A stretch of DNA of 64,000 nucleotides from Mycobacterium sp. (GCF_047975165.1 NZ_JBKECZ010000118.1:4909-68908), one strand, 5' to 3'; positions 24,208 to 34,753 are shown, counted from the stretch's first letter. Program-made: numbers and translations. The notes: generated by a model not told the origin, from the sequence alone.

Positions 24208-24558
24208 GTGTCGGATGTGAATCCAAGCGGTCGTAAGACAGGCCTTACGTCGACCGGCAACCTTCTGCGCAGCGTAGACGCGGAGGACCGCATCGCATGG
24301 GTGTCGCAGGCGCTCTGCCGCACAACCGACCCCGATGACCTTTTCGTGCGCGGTGCCGCACAGCGCAAGGCCGCAGTTATCTGCCGGCACTGCCCGGTGA
24401 TGCAGGAATGCGCAGCCGACGCCTTGGACAACAAGGTTGAGTTCGGTGTCTGGGGTGGAATGACCGAGCGTCAGCGTCGTGCCCTGCTCAAGGAGAACCC
24501 CGAGGTGGTCTCCTGGTCGGACTTCCTCGACCGACGCAAGCGGCGCAACATCAGCTGA
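24208..24558 (+). CDS. whiB4: WhiB-family redox-sensing transcription factor
   Basis: The four Cys are C-X22-C-X2-C-X5-C (ALCRTTD...ICRHCPVMQEC), and there is a GVWGG turn and a basic tail. The GTG at 24208 is preceded by AAGGAAGGAG. It is divergent from ponA2, as whiB4 is. Confidence 0.85.
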   Translation: MSDVNPSGRKTGLTSTGNLLRSVDAEDRIAWVSQALCRTTDPDDLFVRGAAQRKAAVICRHCPVMQECAADALDNKVEFGVWGGMTERQRRALLKENPEVVSWSDFLDRRKRRNIS

Positions 24559-24835
24559 CCCACACTTGCCCTTGGACCGGGCGCTCGACACAGCTTTAGT
24601 CGGCGGCCTGTTCGGCGGCGCGGCGGGCACCGCTGTGCTCGCGAGCGTAACGTCACAGCGAAATTCGGAGCGCAAAATCGCAGCCCCGTTACGCTCGTGA
24701 ACGACGCCGATGACCCCGTGCCCCCTCTTCAGCGGCAATGTATCCGGATACGTCAACACCGGCTCGTACACTCCCGGCTACTTCAGCCTCGCTCAGCGGC
24801 TGCGGGACGTTCTCGCCTAGCCCGGTGTAGATCCG

Positions 24836-25975
24836 TCAGGCGGTCGACGTGATCTGATCGGCCAGGGCGCGCAGTGCGTCCAGGTCCGAGACATCGAACG
24901 GCAGCGACGGCACCCCGATGACCGGTACGTGCGGGTTGGCGCCGGTGAACCGGGACAGCAGCCGGATCTCCCGCTTGGCCATTTGCGCGCGCTCGGCGTG
25001 GATCTGCAGCAGTGCCCGCGTCAACGACGCGTCCGCGCCCGAGTCGGCCCCGAGCTTTTCAGCGGCGTCGACGGCACGCTCGATGTGCAACGAACACAGC
25101 GGCGGGTGAGTCCGGTTCAAGACGAGGCCGGCCAGCGGCATCCCCTCCTGGGACAGCCGGTCGACGAAGAAGGACGCCTCACGCAACGCGTCCGGTTCGG
25201 CGGCAGAGACCACCACGAATTGTGTGCCACGCCGCTTCAGCAGGGAGTAGGTGCGGTCGGCCTTCTCCCGGAACCCGCCGAATGTCGCATCCAGCGATTG
25301 GACGAATCCCGCTGCGTCGGAAAGCATCTGCGAGCCGAGAATCGTCGACATCCCCTTCATCGCCAGGCCCATCACACTGGTAACCAGCCGGCCAACTCCC
25401 CGCCCCGGCGCCAGCAGCATTCGCCACAGACGGCTGTCCATGAAGCTGCCCAGGCGCTTGGGCGCGTCCAGGAAGTCCAGCGCATTGCGCGACGGCGGGG
25501 TATCGACGATGACCAGATCCCAACGGTCTTGCGCCAGCAGTTGTCCGAGCTTCTCCATGGCCATGTACTCTTGCGTGCCCGCAAGCGACGTGGCGACGGT
25601 CTGATAGAACTGGTTGTCCAGAATCGACTGTGCCTGTGCGGCTCCGGAATACTGCTCCACCATCTCATCGAAGGTGCGGCGCATATCCAGCATCATCGCG
25701 TGCAGCTCACCGGGAACCTCCGGCCCCAACGGCACCCGCTGCGGGGTGTTGCCGAGGTCGTCGACCCCCAGTGCCTGTGCCAGCCGCTTTGCCGGGTCGA
25801 TCGTCAAAACCACAACGGTGCGGCCGTATTCGGCGGCGCGCAGCGCGATCGCTGCGGCGGTGGTGGTCTTGCCGACGCCGCCCGCGCCGCAACACACCAC
25901 CACACGGTTCGAGGTGTCAGCCAGAATGGCAGCCATGTCAAGTGGTTCCGGCTTGTGGGACGGCGCGGTGTTCAT
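24836..25975 (-). CDS. ArsA/Get3-like ATPase
   Basis: 379 aa with the deviant Walker [10 protein letters not shown] and an ArsA-type core. It is coupled to the upstream paralogue by a 4-nt overlap. Confidence 0.85.
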   Translation of the reverse strand: MNTAPSHKPEPLDMAAILADTSNRVVVCCGAGGVGKTTTAAAIALRAAEYGRTVVVLTIDPAKRLAQALGVDDLGNTPQRVPLGPEVPGELHAMMLDMRRTFDEMVEQYSGAAQAQSILDNQFYQTVATSLAGTQEYMAMEKLGQLLAQDRWDLVIVDTPPSRNALDFLDAPKRLGSFMDSRLWRMLLAPGRGVGRLVTSVMGLAMKGMSTILGSQMLSDAAGFVQSLDATFGGFREKADRTYSLLKRRGTQFVVVSAAEPDALREASFFVDRLSQEGMPLAGLVLNRTHPPLCSLHIERAVDAAEKLGADSGADASLTRALLQIHAERAQMAKREIRLLSRFTGANPHVPVIGVPSLPFDVSDLDALRALADQITSTA

Positions 25976-26997
25976 CGGACCCCCTGCTGGGCGAGCGCTT
26001 CGGAAAGTTCGTAGAGACTGCCCAGGTCCACACCGTCGGAGATGGTCGGCAGTTCCAGTCGCGGGACTTCGAGGTCGTCGAGCTGTTCTGCGGTTTCGGC
26101 CCGGGCGCTGATCCGGCTGGCGTGCTCGACAGTTTCGGTGAGCAGACCCGCGAAGTCGGCGTCGTCTAGTTCGATTCCCACCTTCGCCAATCCCGAACGC
26201 ACCGCGTCCGCGTCGACCGAGCCCCCGGCGGCCGAGTCCAGGGTGTCCGGATCGAGGTAGACCGGCATCGTGCGGTTGACGATCACGCTGCCGATCGGCA
26301 ATTGCATGTCGATCAGCTCCTGAATCGCTTCCGCGGTTTCCTGGATGGGTAGCGCTTCGAGCAGCGTCACCAGGTGGATGGCGGTCTGGTCGGAGTGCAG
26401 CAGCCGGACCACGCCGTCGGCTTGAGAGTGCACCGGCCCGCCCTTGGCGAGTTCGGACACGGCCCGAGTGACGTCCAGGAACCGGGTGATGCGGCCCGTC
26501 GGCGGTGCGTCGACGACAATGGCGTCGTAGACATGGGATCTGGTTCCCTTGGTCACCCGGATGACCGATTCCTTGATCTTGCCGGTGAGGATCACATCAC
26601 GTAGGCCCGGCGCGATCGTCGTCGCGAAATCGACGGCGCCGATCCTGCGCATAGCCCGGCCGGCGATTCCCAGGTTGTAGAACATTTCCAGGTATTCCAG
26701 GAAAGCGGACTCGATGTCGATGGCCAAGGCGTTGACCTGGCCGCCGCGTTCGGCGGTCGCGATCTTGACTTCGTCGTAGGGCAGCGGCGGGACATCGAAG
26801 AGTTGCGCGATGCCCTGGCGCCCTTCGACTTCGACGAGCAGCACTTTTCGGCCGCCCGCGGCCAGCGCCAGTGCCAGCGCGGCCGCGATGGTCGACTTTC
26901 CGGTGCCGCCCTTGCCCGTCACGAAATGCAGTCGTGCCTTCGACAGGCGCGACGGCCATCCCATCGGAGTGCCTCTGCTCGACGTGTTTGCCACCAT
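25972..26997 (-). CDS. ArsA/Get3-like ATPase (paralogue)
   Basis: 341 aa with Walker [10 protein letters not shown]. It is the first gene of the two-gene operon. Confidence 0.85.
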   Translation of the reverse strand: MVANTSSRGTPMGWPSRLSKARLHFVTGKGGTGKSTIAAALALALAAGGRKVLLVEVEGRQGIAQLFDVPPLPYDEVKIATAERGGQVNALAIDIESAFLEYLEMFYNLGIAGRAMRRIGAVDFATTIAPGLRDVILTGKIKESVIRVTKGTRSHVYDAIVVDAPPTGRITRFLDVTRAVSELAKGGPVHSQADGVVRLLHSDQTAIHLVTLLEALPIQETAEAIQELIDMQLPIGSVIVNRTMPVYLDPDTLDSAAGGSVDADAVRSGLAKVGIELDDADFAGLLTETVEHASRISARAETAEQLDDLEVPRLELPTISDGVDLGSLYELSEALAQQGVR

Positions 26998-27074
26998 CGC
27001 ATGCTAGCCCGACCGGTACGGGCGCCCGCGGGCCTGGGCGGGGCTCGTCGGCGGGTGTCGATATGCTCGCGGTC

Positions 27075-27236
27075 ATGACCCAACCCTCGACCTGGGAGTA
27101 CGCGACGATCCCGCTGCTGACCCACGCCACCAAGCAGATTCTCGACCAGTGGGGCGGCGACGGCTGGGAATTGGTGGCGGTGCTGCCCGGCCCCACCGGA
27201 GAGCAGCACGTCGCCTACCTGAAACGGCCCACATGA
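27075..27236 (+). CDS. DUF4177-like small protein
   Basis: 53 aa (MTQPSTWEYATIPLLTHATKQILDQWGGDGWELVAVL...). Its stop overlaps the next start as ATGA. Confidence 0.6.
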   Translation: MTQPSTWEYATIPLLTHATKQILDQWGGDGWELVAVLPGPTGEQHVAYLKRPT

Positions 27237-27688
27237 GCGCGAAAGCCCGGCTCGCGGACCTCGGTATCGAGCTTCCGCAGGTGGCGGCGCCGCTGGCTGC
27301 CTACACCCCGGCGGTGCGGACCGGCAACCTCGTCTACACCGCCGGCCAGTTGCCATTCACCGACGGCACACTGCCCGAAACAGGCAAGGTCGGTCTCGGC
27401 GTCACTCCCGAGGCCGGGAAGGCGCTCGCCCGCGTCTGCGCGCTGAACGCATTGGCAGCGGTGGACGCACTGGTCGGCCTGGACGCGGTGACCCAGGTGG
27501 TCAAGGTTGTCGGGTTCGTCGCCTCCGCGCCCGGGTTCCACGGCCAGCCGGCCGTCGTCAACGGCGCTTCCGAACTGCTGGCCGAGGTGTTCGGCGACAG
27601 CGGCGTGCACGCGCGGTCGGCGGTCGGCGTGGCCGAACTTCCCTTGGACGCGCCGGTGGAAGTGGAACTGATCGTGGAGGTCGGGTAG
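27233..27688 (+). CDS. RidA/YjgF-family protein
   Basis: It has YjgF/RidA-like sequence (VRTGNLVYTAGQLPF, ARSAVGVAELPLDAPVEV). The ATG at 27233 is chosen. Confidence 0.85.
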   Translation: MSAKARLADLGIELPQVAAPLAAYTPAVRTGNLVYTAGQLPFTDGTLPETGKVGLGVTPEAGKALARVCALNALAAVDALVGLDAVTQVVKVVGFVASAPGFHGQPAVVNGASELLAEVFGDSGVHARSAVGVAELPLDAPVEVELIVEVG

Positions 27689-27693
27689 CGGCC

Positions 27694-28482
27694 ATGGCGG
27701 CCGAGTCGGGTTCGACGCATCCCGCCTATCGTCGGCTGCGGGCGGTCACCGAGACCGCCTCGGTACTGCTGGCTCACAACCCGGGGCTGATGACGCTGGA
27801 CGGCACCAATACCTGGGTGCTGCGCGAGCGGGGTGGCGACGAGCTCGTGATCGTCGATCCCGGCCCCGACGAGGACGGCCACATCGAGCGGATAGCGGAG
27901 TTGGGCCGGATCGCGCTGGTGCTGATCAGCCATCGCCACATCGACCACACCCAGGGCATCGACAAGCTGGTCGAACTGACCGGGGCGCCGGTCCGCTCGG
28001 CGGGCAGCGGATACCTACGCGGAATGAGCGGTGAGCTGACCGACGGGGAAGTCATCGACGCCGCCGGGCTGGCCATCACCGTGCTGTCCACCCCCGGCCA
28101 CACCGCCGACTCGCTGTCGTTCGTCCTCGACGACGCCGTGCTGACCGCCGACACGATTTTGGGCCGCGGCACCACCGTGATGGACCGCGAAGACGGTAAC
28201 CTCGCCGACTACCTGGAGTCGCTGCACCGGCTGCGCGGGCTGGGGCAGCGGACGGTGCTGCCCGGGCACGGCCCCGAGCGCACCGACATTGCGGCGGTCG
28301 CGCAGGAATACCTCGCGCACCGCCACGATCGCCTGGACCAGGTGCGTGCGGCGCTGCGGCAACTCGGCGACGACGCGAGCGCACGTCAAGTCGTCGAGCA
28401 CGTCTACACCGACGTCGACGAGAAGCTGTGGGATGCCGCCGAGTGGTCGGTGCAGGTGCAGCTGAACTACCTGCGGTCCTGA
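27694..28482 (+). CDS. MBL-fold metallo-hydrolase
   Basis: 262 aa with the HRHIDH metal-binding motif and downstream His/Asp ligands (TPGHTADS, PGHG). Confidence 0.85.
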   Translation: MAAESGSTHPAYRRLRAVTETASVLLAHNPGLMTLDGTNTWVLRERGGDELVIVDPGPDEDGHIERIAELGRIALVLISHRHIDHTQGIDKLVELTGAPVRSAGSGYLRGMSGELTDGEVIDAAGLAITVLSTPGHTADSLSFVLDDAVLTADTILGRGTTVMDREDGNLADYLESLHRLRGLGQRTVLPGHGPERTDIAAVAQEYLAHRHDRLDQVRAALRQLGDDASARQVVEHVYTDVDEKLWDAAEWSVQVQLNYLRS

Positions 28483-28548
28483 GCAGAAGGGGGCGGGTGG
28501 CGCCCGAGCTGCGCCCGGACTGCGTCCGCGCTCCGCTCGCGCTTACCG

Positions 28549-29223
28549 CTACCTCGCTCGGCGGGCTAGGCGCTCGGAGTCGGAGATGAGCACGGTCTTG
28601 CCCTCCAGGCGGATCCAGCCGCGGTGGGCGAAGTCGGCCAGCGCCTTGTTCACCGTCTCCCGGGAAGCGCCGACCAGTTGGGCGATCTCTTCCTGCGTCA
28701 GATCGTGGGTGACCCGCATCGCGCCACCCTCCTGGGTGCCGAAGCGCTGGGCGAGCTGCAGCAACTGTTTGGCCACCCGGCCGGGCACGTCGGTGAAGAT
28801 CAGGTCGGCCAGGTTGTTGTTGGTACGGCGCAGCCGTCGCGCAAGCACTCGCAGCAACTGCTCGGCGATTTCGGGGCGGTCGGCGATCCACGCCCGCAGC
28901 GCGTCGCGGTCCATCGAGACCGCGCGCACCTCGGTGATGGTCGTCGCGCTGGAGGTCCTCGGGCCGGGGTCGAAGATCGACAGCTCGCCGAACATGTCCG
29001 ACGGGCCCATGATGGTCAGCAGGTTCTCCCTGCCGTCGGGTGCGTGACGCCCGATCTTCACTTTGCCGGCGACGATGATGTAGAGCCGATCCCCGGGCTC
29101 GCCTTCGGCGAATACCGTGTGCCCGCGGGGGAAATCAACCGGGTGCAGTTGTCTGGTCAACGCAGCGACTGCGCTGGGTTCAACCCCTTGAAAGATTCCT
29201 GCCCGTGCCAGGATCTCGTCCAC
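28549..29223 (-). CDS. crp: cAMP receptor protein (Crp/Fnr family)
   Basis: 224 aa with a cNMP-binding domain ([25 protein letters not shown]) and a C-terminal HTH ([12 protein letters not shown]). Confidence 0.95.
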   Translation of the reverse strand: MDEILARAGIFQGVEPSAVAALTRQLHPVDFPRGHTVFAEGEPGDRLYIIVAGKVKIGRHAPDGRENLLTIMGPSDMFGELSIFDPGPRTSSATTITEVRAVSMDRDALRAWIADRPEIAEQLLRVLARRLRRTNNNLADLIFTDVPGRVAKQLLQLAQRFGTQEGGAMRVTHDLTQEEIAQLVGASRETVNKALADFAHRGWIRLEGKTVLISDSERLARRAR

Positions 29224-29269
29224 GTTGCCTCTTCATCTTTTCAGCGAAGTGATATTGAGCAGGCCGGCC

Positions 29270-29285
29270 TGTGACGGCCGACACC
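29270..29285. promoter_or_regulatory. possible CRP-type operator upstream of crp
   Basis: TGTGACGGCCGACACC matches TGTGA-N6-TCACA. One half-site is perfect and the other keeps the GTG core. It lies 47-62 nt upstream of the crp start. Confidence 0.25.
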
Positions 29286-29328
29286 GTATTTCATTTAAAG
29301 GTAGGCCAATCGGACCGGCCTGCCAACG

Positions 29329-29736
29329 CTAAACGCGATCGATGTGTCGAGTGACCGGGAATTGCCGGTTCGTCCGGTAGTGCCCGTGGATGCGGGTCGG
29401 CAGGCCGGTTTCGACGCGTCCGACGGCGTCCGCGGCAAAGAACGTCTCGGCGCGGTGCCGGCCGACCGGGTCCTCGGCGGACGGGGCGACGGTCAGCCCG
29501 AATACCCGCTCCTGCTGGCGACGGGGATACTCCAGCGCTTTCGGTATGCGCGCGCGATCCAGCGTGCGCACGCCGGCCCCGTCAGCCCGCTCAGATCTTC
29601 CGGCGGCGCTGGTCGTTGTGGGGGAGCCGCCGGACAGCAGATATTCCAGTTGGCCGAGACCGAGCGCGGCCAGCATGAGCAGGCCGGGGAAGCAGGCCAC
29701 CAGCAACCACACCACGACCCGAGTAAACACGGCCAA
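29329..29736 (-). CDS. small membrane protein
   Basis: 135 aa with one N-terminal TM helix (VVVWLLVACFPGLLMLAALGL). It lies upstream of crp and is co-directional with it. No family motif is recognised. Confidence 0.5.
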   Translation of the reverse strand: MAVFTRVVVWLLVACFPGLLMLAALGLGQLEYLLSGGSPTTTSAAGRSERADGAGVRTLDRARIPKALEYPRRQQERVFGLTVAPSAEDPVGRHRAETFFAADAVGRVETGLPTRIHGHYRTNRQFPVTRHIDRV

Positions 29737-29774
29737 GGTCTCAGACAGATCACGAAATCAGTACTCTGTCGTAG

Positions 29775-30575
29775 GTGACAGCGGGAGAGCCGTCCCGGCG
29801 CACGAAGTCGGTGCCGCGCGGGGTCGCGAGCGGGGTCGGCAAGCGCTGGGAGGCTGAGACGCGCACCGGTCTGGTCCGCCGCGCCCGCCGGATGAATCGC
29901 GCACTGGCGCAGGCATTCCCGCACGTCTACTGCGAACTGGACTTCACCTCGCCGCTGGAGCTGGCGGCGGCAACCATCCTTTCGGCCCAGAACACCGACA
30001 AAAGGGTCAACCTGACGACGCCGGCGCTATTCACGAAATACCGTTCTGCGCTGGACTATGCGCAGGCGGATCGGGAGGAGTTGGAGGCTCTCGTGCGGCC
30101 CACCGGCTTCTACCGCAACAAGGCGGCCTCGCTGATAGGGCTGGGGCGGGCTCTGGTCGAGCGGTTCGACGGCGAAGTGCCCCGGACGATGGAGGAATTG
30201 GTCAGCCTGCCGGGGGTGGGCCGGAAAACCGCGAACGTGATTTTGGGCAATGCGTTCGGTATCCCCGGCATCACCGTCGACACCCATTTCGGGCGATTGG
30301 TGCGGCGCTGGCGCTGGACCGCCGAAGAAGACCCGGTCAAGGTGGAGCACGCGGTCGGTGACCTGGTTGAACGCGCGCAGTGGACCCTACTCAGCCACCG
30401 GGTGATCTTCCACGGCCGTCGGGTGTGCCACGCGCGCAAGCCGGCCTGCGGTGTGTGCGTCCTGGCCAAGGACTGCCCGTCGTTCGGCCTGGGGCCCACC
30501 GATCCGCAGGTGGCCGCACCGTTGGTGACCGGGCCCGAGGCCGAGCACCTGCTGGCCCTGGCCGGCCTGGATTAG
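29775..30575 (+). CDS. nth: endonuclease III
   Basis: It has an HhH-GPD motif ([14 protein letters not shown]) and the 4Fe-4S cluster ligands [17 protein letters not shown]. The start is uncertain, with an alternative in-frame GTG at 29811. Confidence 0.9.
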   Translation: MTAGEPSRRTKSVPRGVASGVGKRWEAETRTGLVRRARRMNRALAQAFPHVYCELDFTSPLELAAATILSAQNTDKRVNLTTPALFTKYRSALDYAQADREELEALVRPTGFYRNKAASLIGLGRALVERFDGEVPRTMEELVSLPGVGRKTANVILGNAFGIPGITVDTHFGRLVRRWRWTAEEDPVKVEHAVGDLVERAQWTLLSHRVIFHGRRVCHARKPACGVCVLAKDCPSFGLGPTDPQVAAPLVTGPEAEHLLALAGLD

Positions 30576-30596
30576 CGGCCACCGGGTGCCCCAGCC

Positions 30597-31244
30597 GTGA
30601 AATCGATGTCCGCAAGTGCCCGCTGGACGATTGCGATCCTGCTGGTGGTGGCCGGGCTGGTCTGGGGGTTGGCGGCCCAACTTCGCCAGGGTGACGCGCC
30701 GCCAACGGCGCCCGAGGCGCTGGTGCGCCGTGAGCATCGCGATGCCGACACCCCCGACGCCCTCGCCGGCCCGCGCCGCAGTGCCGACTTGGCGCCGTGC
30801 CCGGCTCCGGGGGCCGGTGACGGTCCGGCGGCGCTACGGGGGGTGGTGGCGGAGTGCGCGGCCGACGGTACCCCGGTCGACGTGGCGAAGGTGCTGGCCG
30901 GGCGACGGGTGGTGCTCAACTTCTGGGCCAACTGGTGTGCCCCGTGCACGGCGGAATTGCCCGCGATGGCCGAATATCAGCGTCGGGTCGGGTCCGCGGT
31001 AACCGTGGTGACGGTGCACCAGGATGAGAACGAGACGGCTGCCCTTCTGCGGCTGGCCGAACTCGGTGTCCGGCTGCCCACGTTGCAGGATGGCCGGCGT
31101 CGGGTCGCCGCAGCGCTGCGGGTGGTCAACGTGATGCCCGCGACGGTCGTGCTGCGGTCGGACGGTAGCGTGGCCGCAACTCTGCCGCGCGCTTTCGGCA
31201 GTGCCGACGAGATTGCGGCCGCAGTCGGCGGGCCAGCCTCGTGA
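30597..31244 (+). CDS. TlpA-like membrane-anchored thiol-disulfide oxidoreductase
   Basis: 215 aa with an N-terminal TM helix and a thioredoxin fold carrying WCAPC. Confidence 0.8.
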   Translation: MKSMSASARWTIAILLVVAGLVWGLAAQLRQGDAPPTAPEALVRREHRDADTPDALAGPRRSADLAPCPAPGAGDGPAALRGVVAECAADGTPVDVAKVLAGRRVVLNFWANWCAPCTAELPAMAEYQRRVGSAVTVVTVHQDENETAALLRLAELGVRLPTLQDGRRRVAAALRVVNVMPATVVLRSDGSVAATLPRAFGSADEIAAAVGGPAS

Positions 31245-32062
31245 GTGACCCGGGGCAGGGGCGATCAGCTGGAAGGGAGGCACCGGTGAGTGCAGTCAAG
31301 GGCTTGACTCCCGACGCCGGCCCGGCGTGGTTGCAGCCGCTGATCGGCAACGTCGACCGAATACCGGATGCCTACCGGCGGCGCCTGCCGGCCGATGTGC
31401 TGGCCATGGTGACCGCAGCCAGATCGGTGTCGTCGCTGCGGCGCAACGGTCGCGACGCCGCCGTACTGGTGCTGTTCTCCGGGCCGCAGGAAAGTCCCGC
31501 CGAGGGTGGCCTGCCGCAGGACGCCGATCTGCTGCTGACCGTGCGGGCTGCTACGTTGCGCCACCACGCCGGCCAGGCGGCCTTCCCCGGTGGCGCATCC
31601 GATCCCGACGACGCCGGCCCCGTCGCAACCGCCTTGCGCGAGGCCCGCGAAGAGACCGGGATCGACGCCGGGCGACTGCACGCCCTGGCCACCATGGAAC
31701 GGACGTTCATCGCCCCGTCCAACTTCCACGTCGTCCCGGTACTGGCCTATTCGCCGGATCCCGGGCCGGTCGCCGTCGTCGACGACGCGGAGACGGCCAT
31801 CGTCGCGCGAGTGCCCGTGCGGGCGCTCATCAACCCCGCGAATCGGCTTATGGTGTACCGGGGTCCGCTGGGGAAACGATGGGCCGGGCCGGCGTTTGTG
31901 CTGAACGAGATGCTGGTATGGGGTTTTACCGGCCACGTGATCTCAGCGGTGCTCGACGTCGCGGGCTGGGCGCAACCGTGGGACAGCGACGATCTGCGCG
32001 AGTTGGACGATGCGATGGTGCAGGTCGGTGATCCTACGAGGCGGATTGGTGACCTGCGGTGA
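31241..32062 (+). CDS. NUDIX hydrolase (CoA pyrophosphatase-like)
   Basis: Nudix box is GGASDPDDAGPVATALREAREETGI. It has 4-nt overlaps with both neighbours. Confidence 0.8.
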   Translation: MSDPGQGRSAGREAPVSAVKGLTPDAGPAWLQPLIGNVDRIPDAYRRRLPADVLAMVTAARSVSSLRRNGRDAAVLVLFSGPQESPAEGGLPQDADLLLTVRAATLRHHAGQAAFPGGASDPDDAGPVATALREAREETGIDAGRLHALATMERTFIAPSNFHVVPVLAYSPDPGPVAVVDDAETAIVARVPVRALINPANRLMVYRGPLGKRWAGPAFVLNEMLVWGFTGHVISAVLDVAGWAQPWDSDDLRELDDAMVQVGDPTRRIGDLR

Positions 32063-33261
32063 ATTCGATGACTCCGTCGCAGTGGCTCGATATCGCCGTC
32101 CTGTCGGTTGCGTTCATCGCGGCGATTTCCGGATGGCGTTCGGGCGCTTTGGGTTCCACGCTGTCGTTCGCCGGGGTGGTGTTGGGTGCGGTCGCCGGGG
32201 TGCTGCTGGCGCCGCACATCGTCACTCATATTTCCGCGCCACGGGCCAAGCTGTTCGCCGCACTCTTCCTGATCCTGGCGCTGGTGGTGGTGGGCGAGGT
32301 TGCCGGGGTGGTGTTGGGACGGGCGGTTCGCGGTGCGATCCGCAACCGTCCGGTGCGCGCGGTCGACTCGGTCATCGGTGTCGGGGTCCAGCTCGTCGTG
32401 GTACTGACGGCGGCCTGGCTGTTGGCCACCCCGTTGACTCAGTCGACGGACCAACCGGAGCTCGCCGCCGCGGTGCGGGGTTCCCGGGTGCTTGCCGAGG
32501 TCAACGAGGTGGCGCCGGCCTGGCTAAAGACGGTGCCCAAGCGGCTCTCGGCGCTGTTGAACACCTCCGGCCTGCCCGCGGTGCTGGAGCCCTTCAGTCA
32601 CACACCGGTGATACCGGTGGCCTCACCGGACCCGGCACTGGCCAATAATCCGGTGGTCGCGGCCACCGCGTCCAGCGTCGTCAAGATCCATAGCCTGGCC
32701 CCCAGTTGTCAGAAAGTGTTGGAGGGCACCGGCTTTGCGATTGCACCCGAACGGGTGATGACCAACGCCCACGTAGTCGCCGGGTCCAGCAGCGTCTCGA
32801 TTCAGATGAACGACAAGCGGTTCGACGCCGTTGTCGTTTCCTACGATCCAGCGGTCGACATCGCCATCCTGGCGGTTCCGGATTTGCCGTCGGCGCCGCT
32901 GGTCTTCGATGCCGAATCTGCGGAAACCGGAACCGACGTCGTCGTGCTGGGCTACCCGGGCGGTGGCAGCTTCACCGCTACCCCCGCCAGGATCCGCGAG
33001 GTCATCAGGCTCAGCGGGCCGGACATCTACCGCAGCCCGCACCAGGTCACCCGCGAGGTGTACACCATCAGGGCCAATGTGGAGCAAGGTGATTCGGGTG
33101 GACCGCTGATCGACCTCGATGGTCGCGTGCTCGGTGTGGTGTTCGGTGCCGCCGTCGACGACCCTGACACCGGGTTCGTCCTGACGGCGGCGGAAGTGGC
33201 CGACCAGCTGTCCGGGATCGGCGCCAGTCAACCGGTGAACACCGGCGCCTGCGTCAGCTGA
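32059..33261 (+). CDS. marP: membrane-tethered S1 serine protease MarP
   Basis: 400 aa with four N-terminal TM helices (CvpA-like) and a chymotrypsin-fold domain (TNAHVV, DIAIL, GDSGGP). Confidence 0.85.
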   Translation: MNSMTPSQWLDIAVLSVAFIAAISGWRSGALGSTLSFAGVVLGAVAGVLLAPHIVTHISAPRAKLFAALFLILALVVVGEVAGVVLGRAVRGAIRNRPVRAVDSVIGVGVQLVVVLTAAWLLATPLTQSTDQPELAAAVRGSRVLAEVNEVAPAWLKTVPKRLSALLNTSGLPAVLEPFSHTPVIPVASPDPALANNPVVAATASSVVKIHSLAPSCQKVLEGTGFAIAPERVMTNAHVVAGSSSVSIQMNDKRFDAVVVSYDPAVDIAILAVPDLPSAPLVFDAESAETGTDVVVLGYPGGGSFTATPARIREVIRLSGPDIYRSPHQVTREVYTIRANVEQGDSGGPLIDLDGRVLGVVFGAAVDDPDTGFVLTAAEVADQLSGIGASQPVNTGACVS

Positions 33262-34204
33262 CCCCGTGCACCCGGTCGAGAAACCGTGACAGGTACCGGT
33301 TGATCTCCCGCGGCGCCTCTTCGTGGGCGAAATGCCCGGTGCCGGCTACTGAAATGTAGCGCCCGTGTGGCGCGTAGCGCGCGGTGCGCTCTACCGGGGC
33401 GGCCAGCACGTAGGGGTCGATGTCGCCACGGATGTGCAGCAGCGGCACACCGAGCTGGGTTGCGGTCGACTTGATGAAACGGTGCCCTTCGCTGCGCAGC
33501 TGGCTGCGTACCGCCCAGCGCTGGTATTCCAGAGTGCAGTGTGCGGCGCCCGGGATCTGGATGGCACGGCGCAGCAGACCGATTGTCTGCGAAAAATCTG
33601 TGGATGCAGTCCATTTGGGACCGCTTCGACTTCGCACCAGCCGTTCGATCTCGGCACCGCCGTGCCGGGTCAGTAGCCGCTCGGGCCACAGCGGGGCCTG
33701 ATACCGCAGCAATGTCGGCAGCAGTGCCCGGCTCTGGTCGCGCCGGGTCAGCGTGGAATGCCGCAGTGCGGCCGGGTGCGGGGAGCTCACGACGGCCACG
33801 GCTCGCACCAGCCGCGAGTGCAACAGCGCGGTAGCCCAGCAGGCCAGGCCGCCGTCGGCGTGTCCGATCAGCGTTGCCGAGGAATGCCCGAGAGCGCGGA
33901 TGAGTCCGGCGGTATCGCCGGCCAGCGTCCAGCCGTCGTAGCCACGAGGGGGCTTGTCGCTGCCTCCGCAACCGCGCAGGTCGACAGCGACCACCCGTGC
34001 TCCGGTAAGGGTCTGCAGTTGGTGGCGCCAGGACCACCAGAACGAACCGAACCCGTGCAGCAGCATCACCAGCGGGCGGGTGGCGGCCGGCAACTCGCCG
34101 TGTGGGAGAGCTTCCACGACGTGAAACCGGATTCCGTTGGCGTGCACGTCGAGGTGGCGCCAGGGTCCGTCGATACGGACCATCGACGGATCTGGAGCGG
34201 GCAC
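33254..34204 (-). CDS. alpha/beta hydrolase (epoxide-hydrolase-like)
   Basis: 316 aa with the HGFGSFWWSW oxyanion region and a nucleophile elbow GHADGG. It is in the position of ephE in H37Rv (from memory). Confidence 0.85.
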   Translation of the reverse strand: MPAPDPSMVRIDGPWRHLDVHANGIRFHVVEALPHGELPAATRPLVMLLHGFGSFWWSWRHQLQTLTGARVVAVDLRGCGGSDKPPRGYDGWTLAGDTAGLIRALGHSSATLIGHADGGLACWATALLHSRLVRAVAVVSSPHPAALRHSTLTRRDQSRALLPTLLRYQAPLWPERLLTRHGGAEIERLVRSRSGPKWTASTDFSQTIGLLRRAIQIPGAAHCTLEYQRWAVRSQLRSEGHRFIKSTATQLGVPLLHIRGDIDPYVLAAPVERTARYAPHGRYISVAGTGHFAHEEAPREINRYLSRFLDRVHGVS

Positions 34205-34753
34205 TTACCAACCCGAAGGATCGCTGCGTTCGGACTCTCCGTTGCGTCCCGGGCCGGCGGCCAGTCGCTGTCCGGCAGATCTGTCGGGTACTGAGGTGAA
34301 CGCGCTGCGCGTCTCTTTGACCGATTCGATGGTCTGCTGCGGGCCGCGGATCCGGCGCACCTTCAAATATCCCAGCAGGGCGAACACGATCGTTGCCACG
34401 ACCATCAGCGCGAAGACGATCCCGAATGCCACCCAGCGCCACAGCCACTCATCGAGTACCTCGGCGAGGAACAGGAAAAAGAAAAACGTGGAATAGAACA
34501 GCACGACCAGTGCGGCGACGAAGAAGACGCTGCCGGTCAGCCCCTTCTTGACGTCGCGGGTGATCTCTGCACGGGCCAGTTCCACCTCGGCCCGCACCAG
34601 CGTCGATACCTGAGCAGTCGCGTCTTTGATCAGGTCGCCGACCGACGGGTCGCCGGCCCTGGCATGCGGGTCGGCCAGCGGAATCGTGGTCAGCGTGCTG
34701 GGCACACCGTTGTTGCGATCAGCCTTGCTCACAGACGGTCCTCTCCGTTTCAC
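34205..34753 (-). CDS. phage-holin-family (DUF1469-like) membrane protein
   Basis: 182 aa with an amphipathic helix followed by two TM helices (VFFVAALVVLFYSTFFFFLFL, WVAFGIVFALMVVATIVFALL). The start is uncertain. Confidence 0.6.
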   Translation of the reverse strand: MKRRGPSVSKADRNNGVPSTLTTIPLADPHARAGDPSVGDLIKDATAQVSTLVRAEVELARAEITRDVKKGLTGSVFFVAALVVLFYSTFFFFLFLAEVLDEWLWRWVAFGIVFALMVVATIVFALLGYLKVRRIRGPQQTIESVKETRSAFTSVPDRSAGQRLAAGPGRNGESERSDPSGW

